A DNA stretch of 64,000 nucleotides from an uncultured Gemmatimonadales bacterium (GTDB taxonomy: Bacteria > Gemmatimonadota > Gemmatimonadetes > Gemmatimonadales > GWC2-71-9). The stretch lies in the NCBI GenBank assembly GCA_963748815.1, contig CAVVKJ010000011.1, forward strand, positions 45,598-109,597. Reading direction: 5' to 3'. Of the stretch, positions 12,781-23,024 are shown one piece after another. The notes under the pieces are model-generated. The model was not told the DNA's origin. It worked only from the letters and a program-made list of their open reading frames with translations, and ran no database searches. A program made the position numbers and the translations under genes. How positions within the stretch are numbered: the first letter of the stretch is position 1; every line of letters starts with the position of its first letter.

Positions 12781-13356
12781 TCAGCTCCCCTCGATCCGGG
12801 CGCAGAGCCCGATGGCGAGCTCGGCCCGGCGCCGCGCCAGGATAGCCGCGAGGGTGTTGTCCACGGTCACGCGCCCGTCGGCGGAGCGTCCGGTGACGCC
12901 CGCCGAGACGTCGGCGGACTCGATCGAGAGGTTCGGCCGATCACGAACCGCGGCGGCCACCGCCGTGGCCGCATCGGCGGGGCTCTGCAAGACGGCCGGC
13001 GCCCGCTCCAAGTACCGTGCGGCGTCCACCGCGAGGGCCCCGATGCTCGGCGCGTACCGCGCCACGGCCATCCGGTCCAGCGCCGCCGTCGCGGCCTCGA
13101 AGACCTGATCGAGGACGCGCACCCGCACCGTGAGGAAGCGGTCTCTCGCCTGGGCCCGGGCCGCGGCGACCTGGCGCTCGACGTGGACCCGCCGCTGTCC
13201 GGCCACCCGCTCGAGGTGCAGGGCGCGCGTCCGCGCCGCGTCCGCCTCGGCGCGCGCGATCACCTCCGCCGCCTGCCGCTCCGCGTCGTGCCGGATCCTG
13301 GCCGATTCGCGAATCGCGTCCTCCTCCAGGTGGAGGAGCAGGGCGTCGACGCTCAT
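12781..13356 (-). CDS. atpE: V/A-type ATP synthase subunit E
   Basis: Coiled-coil N-terminus, GV...DGRVTVDNTL motif. Confidence 0.85.
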   Translation of the reverse strand: MSVDALLLHLEEDAIRESARIRHDAERQAAEVIARAEADAARTRALHLERVAGQRRVHVERQVAAARAQARDRFLTVRVRVLDQVFEAATAALDRMAVARYAPSIGALAVDAARYLERAPAVLQSPADAATAVAAAVRDRPNLSIESADVSAGVTGRSADGRVTVDNTLAAILARRRAELAIGLCARIEGS

Positions 13357-13360
13357 CCGC

Positions 13361-13582
13361 TCAGCCGCCGGCGCGCAGCATGATGAGGACCGCCACCACG
13401 AACCCGAGGATGGCCATCGTCTCCGGGATGGCGACCAGGAGAATGGCCGTCGTGCTGAGTTCAGGCTTCTCCGCCAGGCTGGCGGAGATCGCCGGCCCGA
13501 TGCGCGACTGCGCCCAGCCGGTGGCCAGCGCCGGGATGCTGACGGCCAGTGCGGCGCTGAGGGGAATCAGGAACGCTTCCAT
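13361..13582 (-). CDS. atpK: V/A-type ATP synthase proteolipid subunit K (c), single hairpin
   Basis: AQSRIG...IPETMAILG with ion-binding Glu; 73 aa. Confidence 0.92.
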   Translation of the reverse strand: MEAFLIPLSAALAVSIPALATGWAQSRIGPAISASLAEKPELSTTAILLVAIPETMAILGFVVAVLIMLRAGG

Positions 13583-13597
13583 GCGACCTCCGTGGGT

Positions 13598-15475
13598 TCA
13601 GCCGGCGTGCCCGCTGGGACGCCAGTGCGCAAAGGGGCGGTACGCCTGCCCGCCAGGACTGTGGAACTTTCCGAAGAACTCGACATAGTGCAGCCGCAAT
13701 CCGTGGATGGTCGGGGCAAAGATGCCGAGCGCGAAATTGACGAGATGGAACAGCAGCGCGAAGAGCACGCCGACGAGCACGCTGCCGACGCTGCCGGCCA
13801 GTTCGTTCGCCACCACCGCCATCATCACCGACGCGGTACCGAGCGCCATGATGCGGGCGTAGGAGAGGATGTTGCTCAGGGTGGAGAGGAACTCGATCGG
13901 CGCGATGATCCCCTCCGCCAGGATCAGCACGGGAAAGAGCACCAGCAGGCCGATGACCGCGGGCGTCAGGAAGCCGTGGGGGAGGACTTCGAGGGCCGCC
14001 AGCAGCACCACGACGATCAGGAGCACCATGACCAGCGAGGCGCCCTTCCCGACCGCCTGCCGCGGGTGGCCGCGGCTGGCGTTGTACACGCCGAGCGCCA
14101 GGCCGAGGACGATGTGGACGGCGCCGATGGCGATGGCCAGGCCGAGGAAAGCGAGGAGTGAATGTTCGCGGTCGAGGAGGAGGGGCCGCAGGCCGAACCA
14201 CCGCGCGCCCAGGTCGCCGAAGAACTCCCCGAAGGCGAAGCCGAACGCGACGGTGAACGCCGCGCCCGCGCCAAGCACTTCCGCGACGGCGCGCCGGGTG
14301 CTGCCCGGGGCGCCACCGCGCCGGAGCCAGAGCGCGATGATCGCCAGGACGAGCCCATAGCCGATGTCACCGAGAATCAGGCCGAAGAACATCGGAAAGA
14401 AGACGGCGACGAACGGCGTGGGGTCGATGGTGCCATACGCGGGCAGGGGGACCATCCGGGTGATGGTCTCGAACGGCCGGAAGAGGCGCGGATTCTGGAG
14501 CACGACGGGCGCCGACTCCCCCACCCAATCCTCGCGCGCCACCGACTCGATCACGACCCCGTCGCCGAATCGTCTCGCGAGCGTCTGGGCCAACCGGGGG
14601 TAGCCGGCGGCGGGAATCCACCCTTCGACCACGAAGCTGCGCGGCGTCGCCGCGACCTTCTCCAGCGCGGCGAGCCCCAGCAGCCGGTCCTCCACGGCGG
14701 CGCGCGCCTCACCCAATCGGGGAGCGAGCTCCATCGAGATGGCGCGGCGTTGCTCTTCCAGCTCCGCCAATTCCGCGTCGATCGCATCACGGCGCGCCGT
14801 AAGCGTGGGCCCCAGCTGTCCGAGGGTCTTCCCGCCGCTCCCGTCCGGCATCGGAAGCTCGTGCACGCCGGCCTGGGCGAGCAGGCGCTCGACGCGGGGC
14901 GCGTCCGCGGGCGACACCAGGAGGACGGCGGCGAGTTCCCCGGAGGAGAGCGGCGCCGTCTCGAGCACAAACTCGTCGCCGATGGCCTGGGCCAGCCCCT
15001 CCCGCAGGCGAGCGACGACGCTGGTCTCCTGGCCACGCAGGACCAGGTGGTAGCCGTGGGTTCGGGTGCCGCTGCTGGCGGGGAGCAGTCCGCGGAAGGC
15101 GCCAATGAACTCGAGGAGCCGGCTCGTCTCCGTACGTGCGTCTTCGAGGGTCCGCTGCTTCGCGCCTATCCGGTCGGCGTCCCGACGGGCCCGGCGGAAT
15201 TGTCGGAGCCAGGCGGCAAAGGCGGGAGCGTCGGGAAGAGGTGCTGTCGGGGAGCCAGTACCGAACCGTGCGGTGAGGGCGTCGACATCGCGGAGCAGCG
15301 CGCGGAGCCGTCTCGCCTCCCGCGCCTCCCTCGGCTGTGGTTCAACGGGACGGAGCGCGCCGGTCGGGTGGGCCTCCGAGAGCTGGAGGAGGCCGACGTC
15401 CTGCACGGCGTGGAGCACCGCATCGAGCTCGTCGCGGGGTCCGAGAATGCGGGCACGCACCATCGGGAGGATCAT
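13598..15475 (-). CDS. atpI: V/A-type ATP synthase subunit I (a)
   Basis: PAYGTIDPT, FFGLILGDIGYG, LSYARIMAL, RLHYVEFF; start MILPM at 15475. Confidence 0.95.
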   Translation of the reverse strand: MILPMVRARILGPRDELDAVLHAVQDVGLLQLSEAHPTGALRPVEPQPREAREARRLRALLRDVDALTARFGTGSPTAPLPDAPAFAAWLRQFRRARRDADRIGAKQRTLEDARTETSRLLEFIGAFRGLLPASSGTRTHGYHLVLRGQETSVVARLREGLAQAIGDEFVLETAPLSSGELAAVLLVSPADAPRVERLLAQAGVHELPMPDGSGGKTLGQLGPTLTARRDAIDAELAELEEQRRAISMELAPRLGEARAAVEDRLLGLAALEKVAATPRSFVVEGWIPAAGYPRLAQTLARRFGDGVVIESVAREDWVGESAPVVLQNPRLFRPFETITRMVPLPAYGTIDPTPFVAVFFPMFFGLILGDIGYGLVLAIIALWLRRGGAPGSTRRAVAEVLGAGAAFTVAFGFAFGEFFGDLGARWFGLRPLLLDREHSLLAFLGLAIAIGAVHIVLGLALGVYNASRGHPRQAVGKGASLVMVLLIVVVLLAALEVLPHGFLTPAVIGLLVLFPVLILAEGIIAPIEFLSTLSNILSYARIMALGTASVMMAVVANELAGSVGSVLVGVLFALLFHLVNFALGIFAPTIHGLRLHYVEFFGKFHSPGGQAYRPFAHWRPSGHAG

Positions 15476-15834
15476 GCCGATTCCTCTCCCGCGATCCGAA
15501 GCACTTCCTCGACGACCCAGGCGGCGTGACCCTGGAGATCCGCCGACCCCACGGTTTCGTATCGGTGCCGCCGCGCAGCGAGCGCCGCCTCCTCCTCCGC
15601 GATCCTCGCTTCCGTCTCGATCGTCAAGCGGGCCGACAACTCGGCGTCGGCGGACGCCAGCTCCACGGCGAGCGAACTCGCCCGGGCCTCTGCCCGCGCT
15701 TTTCCTCGCTCCAGGACCTCCTCGGCGTCGAGGCGCGCCTGTGCCAGCATCGCCTCGAGGCGGGACTCCACATCGAGAAGACGGGCGAGGGCGCTCCGAG
15801 GCGCCGGATCGGGAGCTGACGTCGTGCGTCGCAT
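15472..15834 (-). CDS. Probable V/A-type ATP synthase subunit G/H (peripheral stalk)
   Basis: 120-aa Ala/Glu/Arg coiled coil, first in operon, stop overlaps atpI start. Confidence 0.7.
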   Translation of the reverse strand: MRRTTSAPDPAPRSALARLLDVESRLEAMLAQARLDAEEVLERGKARAEARASSLAVELASADAELSARLTIETEARIAEEEAALAARRHRYETVGSADLQGHAAWVVEEVLRIAGEESA

Positions 15835-15930
15835 GGCTCATCCCGTCGGCCCAAGGGTTGGTAGGCCGTGATGAATACTGCCGGTCTCCGTGTGAAGAGA
15901 GGGGGAGTGGGTTCTGAAGGGACCTTTAGG

Positions 15931-15992
15931 GCGGGGAAGCAGGGAAGCGGGGAAGCGGGGAAGCGGGGAAGCGGGGAAGCGGGGAAGCGGGG
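15931..15992 (+). repeat. Tandem 8-mer (GCGGGGAA)n, about 8 units
   Basis: Directly visible; related tracts at 19494, 22244, 30436, 47365, 50058, 52737. Confidence 0.95.
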
Positions 15993-16034
15993 TCGACGAT
16001 AGCGTCTTCCCAAGCGCTGCGCTAGCATTGAGAT

Positions 16035-16371
16035 ATGACTGTCCCGCGGGTCCCGTCACCCAGATATCAGGCCATCTACTCGACCGTCCGTCGCATCCCG
16101 CGGGGGCGGGTGGCGAGTTACGGACAGGTGGCGCGCGAGGCCGGGCTCACCAACGCTGCCCGCCAGGTGGGGTACGCCCTGCACGCCCTGGGGGCCGGGT
16201 TCGACCGTGCCCTGGCACCGGGTGGTCAACGCCCAGGGGGCCATCAGCCTGCGGGATCACCACGCGCTGACCCAGCACATGCTGTTGCGGCGCGAGGGGG
16301 TCCGGTTCGATTCCAAGGGCCGTGTGGAGCTCGCCCGGTTTCGATGGGCGCCCCGTCGGCGGGCCTCCTGA
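16035..16371 (+). CDS. Alkyltransferase-like protein (ATL/YbaZ, MGMT family), frameshift near 16200
   Basis: IPRGRVASYGQVA...AARQVG, then in a shifted frame VPWHRVVNAQG...LRREGV; PWHR (Trp replacing Cys) marks ATL. Confidence 0.85.
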
Positions 16372-17321
16372 CGGCGTGGCGGGCGGCAGCGTGCGTCGCG
16401 GCGCTCCACCCGCTGTTCGCAGCGGGACTGGAGGCACAAAGTGCGCCGCCCACCGAGGCCGGGTTCGTGCTGGTGCAGCACACTGAGCTCGCCGGAGCCA
16501 ATGCAGGCATGATGTTCCGGTATCAGCGCCCCGACGGCGTCGGGGTGGAACTCTTCGTCACGCCGCTCCCGCCGTCGTTCGACCCGTGCACCGAGCTGTG
16601 CGCCGAGCGAGCGGTCGAATTGCTCTCGAGCCAGTTTACCCGGGCGCTCATGATTGACCTGGAGCACACTGCCGCCGACAGCGTCCGCCGCGTGGGGTCC
16701 ATCACCGTGGCGCCGCCGCCGGGGAGCTGGCTCGAGCACGGTCAGCTCACGGCCCTGCGGGAGTATCACGGCGATCGCGCCGCGGATTCCTACGTCTGGC
16801 TTTTCCTGGGACGGGAGACGCTGGTCCAGGTCCGGGGCGCGTACCCGGCCGGCGGACTCGATTTCAACGCGCTCGAGCGGTTCGTGCAGACCATCGTCCT
16901 GGCGGTGCCCGCGCCTTATGATTGTCCGTGGGGGGTGAGCACGGACCCCGCGCTCCTGAAACTCTATCCGCTCGACGTCCCGATGGCGCGGCTGCCGTTC
17001 CTGGTGGATTCCACGCTCGCGGCCCTCGGGTACAACTTTGACTTTCGGAGCGAGGCCACCGGACTCTGGCGCACCGTGCCGCGGTACGCCTGGCCCGCGG
17101 GATCGACCCTCGACGCGACCGCTGGCACGACTCGACCGGGCATCGTCCTGGTGGTGGTGGTCGCCTTCGACGAGGGGCATTCGGTCGTGGGTATTTCCGC
17201 CCGCGGCGTCTGCCAGGTTCCGGTATCGCCGGAGCACCCGGGCGCCACCGCCCAGCTCGTACGGATGGCGACCGACTCCGCGCTGGATGCGATCCTCGGC
17301 GCGGCAGGCCACATCCGATGA
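16344..17321 (+). CDS. Hypothetical secreted protein
   Basis: Signal-like N-terminus ending LEA-Q; the ORF track fuses it to ATL only through the frameshift. Confidence 0.6.
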   Translation: MGAPSAGLLTAWRAAACVAALHPLFAAGLEAQSAPPTEAGFVLVQHTELAGANAGMMFRYQRPDGVGVELFVTPLPPSFDPCTELCAERAVELLSSQFTRALMIDLEHTAADSVRRVGSITVAPPPGSWLEHGQLTALREYHGDRAADSYVWLFLGRETLVQVRGAYPAGGLDFNALERFVQTIVLAVPAPYDCPWGVSTDPALLKLYPLDVPMARLPFLVDSTLAALGYNFDFRSEATGLWRTVPRYAWPAGSTLDATAGTTRPGIVLVVVVAFDEGHSVVGISARGVCQVPVSPEHPGATAQLVRMATDSALDAILGAAGHIR

Positions 17322-17821
17322 GTGACGACCGGACACCGTCTCGCCCCCTCGACCCGCGGGTGGACATCGGGCATGTTCACCTGAAAGTGGCCGACCTCGA
17401 GCGGGCGCTCGCCTTCTACTGCGGCGTCCTTGGCTTCGAGTTGACCCAGCGCTACGGCGACGGCGCCGCGTTCGTGAGCGCGGGCGGCTATCATCATCAC
17501 ATCGGGCTCAACACCTGGGAGAGCCTGGGCGGCGCGCCACCACCCGCCGGCAGCACCGGCCTCTACCACACCGCCATCCGCTATCCCGACCGGGCGTCGC
17601 TGGGCGACGCCCTCCGCCGGGTGCTCGACGCCGGCATCCGACTGGACGGCGCCAGCGACCACGGGGTGAGCGAAGCGCTCTACCTCCGCGATCCCGACGA
17701 CAACGGCGTCGAGCTCTATCGAGACCGTCCCCGAGAGGAATGGCCGCGGGACGCCACTGGTGCGCTGGTCATGGGCACCGGCCCCTTGGACATCCGGGCA
17801 CTGCTGCGCGAGGCGCCATGA
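17318..17821 (+). CDS. VOC family protein (CatE-like glyoxalase/dioxygenase)
   Basis: IGHVHLKVADLER, GGYHHHIGLNTW, DHGVSEALYLRDPDDNGVELY. Confidence 0.92.
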   Translation: MSDDRTPSRPLDPRVDIGHVHLKVADLERALAFYCGVLGFELTQRYGDGAAFVSAGGYHHHIGLNTWESLGGAPPPAGSTGLYHTAIRYPDRASLGDALRRVLDAGIRLDGASDHGVSEALYLRDPDDNGVELYRDRPREEWPRDATGALVMGTGPLDIRALLREAP

Positions 17822-17846
17822 CCGGCATCAACGCGGGAGGGGAGCG

Positions 17847-18413
17847 ATGAGTTCCGCACACACGCCCGACGGGCTTCCGCACGGACTGCCCGCCCTCTGG
17901 GAAAAGCTCACCGGCCCGCAGCGCCGCGCCGTCGCCCGGGTGCTCACGGCGCACAGCGTGGCTCGCGACGTCAACACCGAGTTCGCCGATACGCGCACCT
18001 TCGGCCAGCGGGTGTCCGACCGGATCGCGGCGTTCGGCGGATCCTGGCCCTTCATCGGCCTCGCGTTTTTCACGCTCGCCTGCTGGGTCGTGCTCAACTC
18101 GGTCCTCCTGGCGCGCCGCGGCGCCGCATTCGACCCCTATCCGTATATTCTCCTCAACCTGATCCTGTCGATGCTGGCCGCGCTCCAGGCGCCGATCATC
18201 ATGATGTCACAGAACCGGGCGGCGGCGCGAGACCGGCTGGAGGCCGCGCACGACTACGAAGTGAATCTCAAGGCCGAACTCGAAATCCAGTCGCTCCACG
18301 AGAAGCTCGACGCCCTGCGCGAGCGCGACTGGGCCGCGCTGGTCGCGATGCAGCAGCAGCAAATCCAGCTGCTCCAGCGCCTGCTGGAGCGCGCCACGGG
18401 AGAGCCCGCATGA
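17847..18413 (+). CDS. DUF1003 membrane protein
   Basis: [42 protein letters not shown]. Confidence 0.92.
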   Translation: MSSAHTPDGLPHGLPALWEKLTGPQRRAVARVLTAHSVARDVNTEFADTRTFGQRVSDRIAAFGGSWPFIGLAFFTLACWVVLNSVLLARRGAAFDPYPYILLNLILSMLAALQAPIIMMSQNRAAARDRLEAAHDYEVNLKAELEIQSLHEKLDALRERDWAALVAMQQQQIQLLQRLLERATGEPA

Positions 18414-18763
18414 GCAGCAGCCACGAAATGACCACCACCACCTTCGAACTCGACGGCTTCCGGATCGCCCAGAGCCTCGGCGTCGTCCGGGGCATCAGCG
18501 TCCGGTCGCGCAACATCTTCGGATCGATCGGGGCCAAACTCGAAACGCTGTTCGGCGGCAACATCACCATCCTCACGACCCTCTGCGAACGAACTCGGCA
18601 GGAGGCGTTCGACATCATGCTGACCCACGCCCACCAGATGGGCGCCAACGCCGTGGTCGGCGTCCGGTACGATGCCACGGAACTGATGGCCGGGGTGACG
18701 GAAGTCCTCTGCTACGGCACCGCGGTCGTGGTGCGCGAGCAGCTGACCAGCGGGGAAGATTGA
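18410..18763 (+). CDS. YbjQ/UPF0145 family protein
   Basis: [26 protein letters not shown]. Confidence 0.92.
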   Translation: MSSSHEMTTTTFELDGFRIAQSLGVVRGISVRSRNIFGSIGAKLETLFGGNITILTTLCERTRQEAFDIMLTHAHQMGANAVVGVRYDATELMAGVTEVLCYGTAVVVREQLTSGED

Positions 18764-19026
18764 CCGCGGTGGCCCGGCGCGATCCACTCCAGGAGATTCC
18801 CGGGGTCGGCCCCAGCATCGCCGCCGATTTGCGGGCGCTGGGCATCCGGTCGGTGACGCAGCTGAAGCGCCGGGACCCGCAGCGCCTCTATGACCGGCTG
18901 AGCGAGCTCCAGGGACCGCAGGATCCCTGCGTGCTCTATGTGTTCCGCTGTGCGGTGTACTACGCCAGCACCCCGAAGCCGAAGCCCGAGCTCCTCCAGT
19001 GGTGGAACTGGAAGGACCGTTCGTGA
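18760..19026 (+). CDS. Helix-hairpin-helix protein (Cdd1 / mitomycin-resistance-like)
   Basis: [30 protein letters not shown]. Confidence 0.85.
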   Translation: MTAVARRDPLQEIPGVGPSIAADLRALGIRSVTQLKRRDPQRLYDRLSELQGPQDPCVLYVFRCAVYYASTPKPKPELLQWWNWKDRS

Positions 19027-19494
19027 CCATCGCCCGCCGAGGCGCCCAGCCCGACCTGCTCCGCGCATTGCGCACGAAGCTTCGGCGCGACATGCCGATC
19101 ACCAAGGCGCTCGGCCTCCGCGTCGTGGGCCGGGAGGGAGCAGGGCTGATTCTCGCCTCCCCTCTGGCGCCGAACATCAACCACAAGGGGACAGCGTTCG
19201 CCGGCAGCCTCAACGCCACCGCCACACTGGCGGGTTGGGGGACCATCTGGCTGGTGTTGCGGGAACATGGTATCAAGTCGCATGTGGTCATCCAGGACAG
19301 CGCCGTGCACTACTTCCGACCGGTGACCGGGGACTTCACCGCCCGCTGCAAGGCGCCGTCGGCCCATGCCGTGGAGCGGCTGGTCAAGGCGGTGGAGAAG
19401 AAGGGGCGGGGCCGTCTGGAGCTCGACGTGATGATCTCGGATGAAGGCGGGGACGCGGTGCAAGTTTCATGGGAGGTATGTGGCGATGGCGTAG
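19023..19494 (+). CDS. Hotdog thioesterase (YiiD C-terminal domain), frameshift near 19461
   Basis: PLAPNINHKGTAFAGSL; removing one base gives KFHGRYVAMA* ending at TAG 19494. Confidence 0.85.
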
Positions 19495-19590
19495 CGGGGA
19501 AGCGGGGAAGCGGGGAAGCGGGGAAGCGGGGAGCGGGGAAGCGGGGCCAAAGGTGCAAATCGCTGTCATCCCGGCGCAAGCCGGGATCCA
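19494..19590 (+). repeat. (GCGGGGAA)n tract plus REP-like hairpin
   Basis: About 7 units at 19494-19546; GTCATCCCGGC-GCAA-GCCGGGATCCA at 19565-19590. Confidence 0.9.
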
Positions 19591-19654
19591 TGTTCTCGAC
19601 GCGATCGCCAACGCGGCCGGACACCGATCGTGACTCCAGCGAAGGTCGGGTTCC

Positions 19655-22160
19655 CTACTGTGGTGGCGACGATGTCCCTGGCCCCCCGTGCTGAACCCCA
19701 TCCATGCTGAACCCGGAACGACGGGCCGCTGGGGCGGCATATTGGACGCCACGCGAACCATTCAGCTGATCGCTTAGGCGGGCAAAGTCCTCGTAGGTTG
19801 GTCCTGGATCAGGAAACCGGACGACGTATGCCCCCCCATTCGGTGCCCCTCCGATAATCTCGCCCCGATTCTCGCTGAAGAACGTGCGAACCGTCGTCCC
19901 ACTGGTGGAGTCATCAAATCTCACGCGAAAAATGTTGCGGTAGTAAATGGTGACGGTGTCGCCAGGCGGCACCACCGTGAGCATGGTATCGCGGGGAAAG
20001 TCGAACGTACCGGTCGTCGGGATCGGCGGCCGAGTGGTGTCGCTCACCGCGTGCCTCGACGACTTTTCCCCATACGAACCGACATGAACAGTCGGCGGCG
20101 GACTCCTGACGAGCGAGCAGCAGGACGAACTGCACCCCGGGCTCCGCACTCATGCGCTCCCGGAGGGCGGTGAGCGACTCGATCGACGCTCCAGGATCCG
20201 GCGCCTGGATGACATAGGCCCCGGACGTAGGGAAGCCCGCCGACGATGACCGCCGAGTACTTCTTCAAGAGCTGTCGAATCTCGGTCCCGGTGGCCGTCG
20301 GCAGGAAGGAGACCGAGAGCAGCCGTCGATAATAGACCCAGCCGCCCTCGAGCTCCTTCGTGACATACATTGCTGTCGTCGGGGTACTCGTAGTCCGGAA
20401 CTGGCGGGCGTGTGTTCCGAATCCGACACTCGGGTGCGGGCTCCGTGGAGGGCGCGCCCGACTTTCGCAGGTAGTCGCACGGGGGATCGTCCCACCCCGG
20501 AATCCGCCCCAAAACCTGTCGCCGAGGGAAGGCAGCGGCAGGAGTTCGACCGTCGGCACGAGCCCGCTCGACTGAATGGCCTCGCGCAGGGAATCCACGG
20601 CACGGAGCCCGATGCCCGGGTCCGGGAAGCGCACCATGTACCAGCTGGCTGAAACCGCCGATGATGTCGCCCCGAAGCTCGGTCAGCAGGGCGCGGACGT
20701 CTGTTCCGCTGGCCGATTCCCGAAACCGGATCAGGAAGACGTTCCGGTACGCATACGACCCGGTGACCTCCTCGGTGGTCACGGCCAGCATCGAATCCAC
20801 GGGGGCCACCAGGTACTTCCCGGGAAGCGGCGGGCGTGCCGTGTCGCCGCTCAGCAAGCCCGGGCGGCGGACTCCCGTTCGCCTCGACCTGCAGGATGCC
20901 GCCGTCGCGGAAGAGGCGGACCGTCCCTCGGTTGCGCGTGGTGAAGACCGACTCGGTGCATGATTTCCCAACCGTCCTGGGAGGGAGCACCAGCGCACCC
21001 GTTTCGGTGGTGGCGTAGACCTCCCACTCCATCCGGTCCTCCGTCGGCAGCGTATTGCAGACGGCGAAGGTGTTCCCTTCCACCCATCGCAGCGCGCGCG
21101 CGGAGTCGGCTGGATTCGGCGGAAGCGGGGCACCTACCCGGAGCAGGATCGGCGTGACGTGGCCTACCCCGGGATAGCCTGCAATCCAGCGCTGCAGCGA
21201 CATCACGGCATCGTAGGATGCGCCGGGATCGGCGAATCGGACGATGTACTCGCCGGCCTCTGGATTCCCGCTGATGATCTCGCCACGTGACACGCGGAGG
21301 ACGTCGCGCACCGTCGACCCGCTGGTCGAGTCATCGAAGCGGACGGCAAAGATGTTCCGGTACACTGGTGCACCGGGAAGGGGGACCACGATCGAGGTAT
21401 CGGTCAGCCCGGCCAATCCACGCGCTGGCGGGATGGGGGGACGACTCCAGCCCAAGCCAACCCGCCTCGTCGTCCGGCCGGGAGGGAGCGGCGGCAGTGG
21501 ATGATTGATGAGCCGCGTCCCAGCGATGAAGGGGTCGGCCTCCAGGCGCTGCCGAAACGCCAGAAGGTGGGTCCAGGCGATCCCCGGATCTTGGATCGCG
21601 ACGATAAACATGTTCGACCACTGAAGGCCGACCATCGTCAACCCGTACCGGCCCACCAGGACACGGATGATCGAATCCGTGGCCTCGCGCTCGAACCTCA
21701 CTCCGATGCGGGTCCGGAAGAATTCCTTGCCATCCTCGGGGTTGACGACCACCAGGGTCGTGTCGAAGGGGGGGAGTCGGGTTCCCAGGAGTGGCCAGGG
21801 CGAGGGAGGTTTGTTGCCGTTCGCGGCGCTCTGAATGTTGAGCCCCTGGAAGTAGAGCCGCACCGGTCCATGCTTCCGGGTGGTGAAGTAAGCAGTGCTC
21901 ACCCGCACCTGCTCGTTCGTCGCGGGCAGCACCAGCGACCCCGAATCGCGCGTTCCGATCACGTCCCAGGTGACCTGCACCGCGAACGGGAGCGTGTTCT
22001 CCACCCGGAAGGTGTTGCCTGAGGCGTAGCGCAGCTGGATGTACCCGGGTTCCATCGCCCGCCGGAACTGCCAGCTGGTGGCCGGCCACACCGGGGGCTG
22101 GGCGGCAGGAGAGGGCCCCCCAGCCACCTGCAACACCGCGAGGACCAGCGGAATGAGCAT
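19655..22160 (-). CDS. Large secreted multi-repeat protein (five prodomain-like repeats, two beta-rich domains), several frameshifts
   Basis: Signal-like MLIPLVLAVLQ; recurring RPP...YRN(I/V)FxVRF...SGxxVRx...GxIIGG...YxVRFPDPG across ORFs 20265..22190, 20150..21133, 20044..20637, 19655..20149. Confidence 0.7.
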
Positions 22161-22243
22161 CGGATGCTCCGAGGAGGACAAGGCACCCACCCAACCGGGC
22201 GGCCACCAGCCAAGCCCAATCCGGCAAAGGGCGTGCCTTGGAA

Positions 22244-22520
22244 GCGGGGAAGCGGGGAAGCGGGGAAGCGGGGCCGAATGTCCGATCGACCCACCGGACT
22301 TTCAAGCGGTCTGGCGGCGCCGATTAACCGAAATGGACTCCTCATCTGGCACGTTGGGTTGAATTCGTTCGAATAGGGGTGGGCATATGCCCACCCCGGT
22401 GGGTCCGTCCGCGCATGGGCAGGTTGGTCGATCCGGACATCGCGCCCGAGCTGGTCCAACGACGCGGAACCTGGACCCCCGCTTTCGCGGGGGTGACGGC
22501 CGGGTGATCACCTTCGCGCC
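22244..22520 (+). repeat. Composite intergenic repeat element, copy A
   Basis: 8-mer tract, ~70-bp core with palindrome GGGGTGGGCATATGCCCACCCC (22376-22397), REP-like hairpin (22472-22498), GGTGATCACCTTCGCGCCT; same layout at 30436. Confidence 0.85.
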
Positions 22521-22605
22521 TTCGCGTGTTCGCGTGAGTCCCCATCGACCCCCAGGCCTTCGCCGAGGTGCCGATCCATCGACACTCATCGCTTAGATTC
22601 CCCCC

Positions 22606-23023
22606 ATGCCCCCCATCACCCGCTGGTTCGTCCGCTCCGCCCTGCTCTGGTTCCTGCTGGCCCTGGCCACCGGAGTCCTGCTGGCCGGCGGCGTCTCCGC
22701 CGACATCCCGGGCACCGGCTGGACCCTTCCCTACCCCACCTATCTCCATCTCCTCACCGTCGGCTGGCTCACCAATCTGATTTTCGGCGTCGCCTTCTGG
22801 ATGTTCCCCCGCTACACCGCCGAGCATCCGCGCGGCAGCGACCGCCTCGGCTGGCTGGCCTACGCCGGACTCAACTGCCGGACTGGTCCTGCGGCTGGTC
22901 GGCGAACCGCTCCAGATCTCCGGCGGAGGGACCGGGACGCTCCTGCTGCTCTCCGCCGGCCTCCAACTCCTCGGCGCGTGGGCCTTCGTGCTCAACACCT
23001 GGCCCCGCGTGAAGGTGAAATAG
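22606..23023 (+). CDS. 4-TM membrane protein (heme-copper oxidase subunit I / NnrS-like module), frameshift near 22878
   Basis: HLLTVGWLTNLIFGVAFWMFP; shifted frame continues GLVLRLVGEP...AFVLNTWPRVKVK*. Confidence 0.65.
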
Positions 23024-23024
23024 C

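Noticed and set aside
13361..13582. Na+-specific ATPase call from Q...ET
   Set aside because: The same residues occur in the H+-coupled Thermus proteolipid; not diagnostic
16035..17321. Apparent 428-aa fusion of an MGMT-like domain to a secreted domain
   Set aside because: The PWHRV half of ATL is in another frame and ends at 16371; the fusion results from an indel near 16200
18999..19694. Extended thioesterase C-terminus ([12 protein letters not shown]...)
   Set aside because: Read-through into the microsatellite caused by an indel near 19461; the natural stop is at 19494
22244..22520. Possible CRISPR array or IS element
   Set aside because: No regular repeat-spacer series, cas genes, transposase or terminal inverted repeats with target duplication
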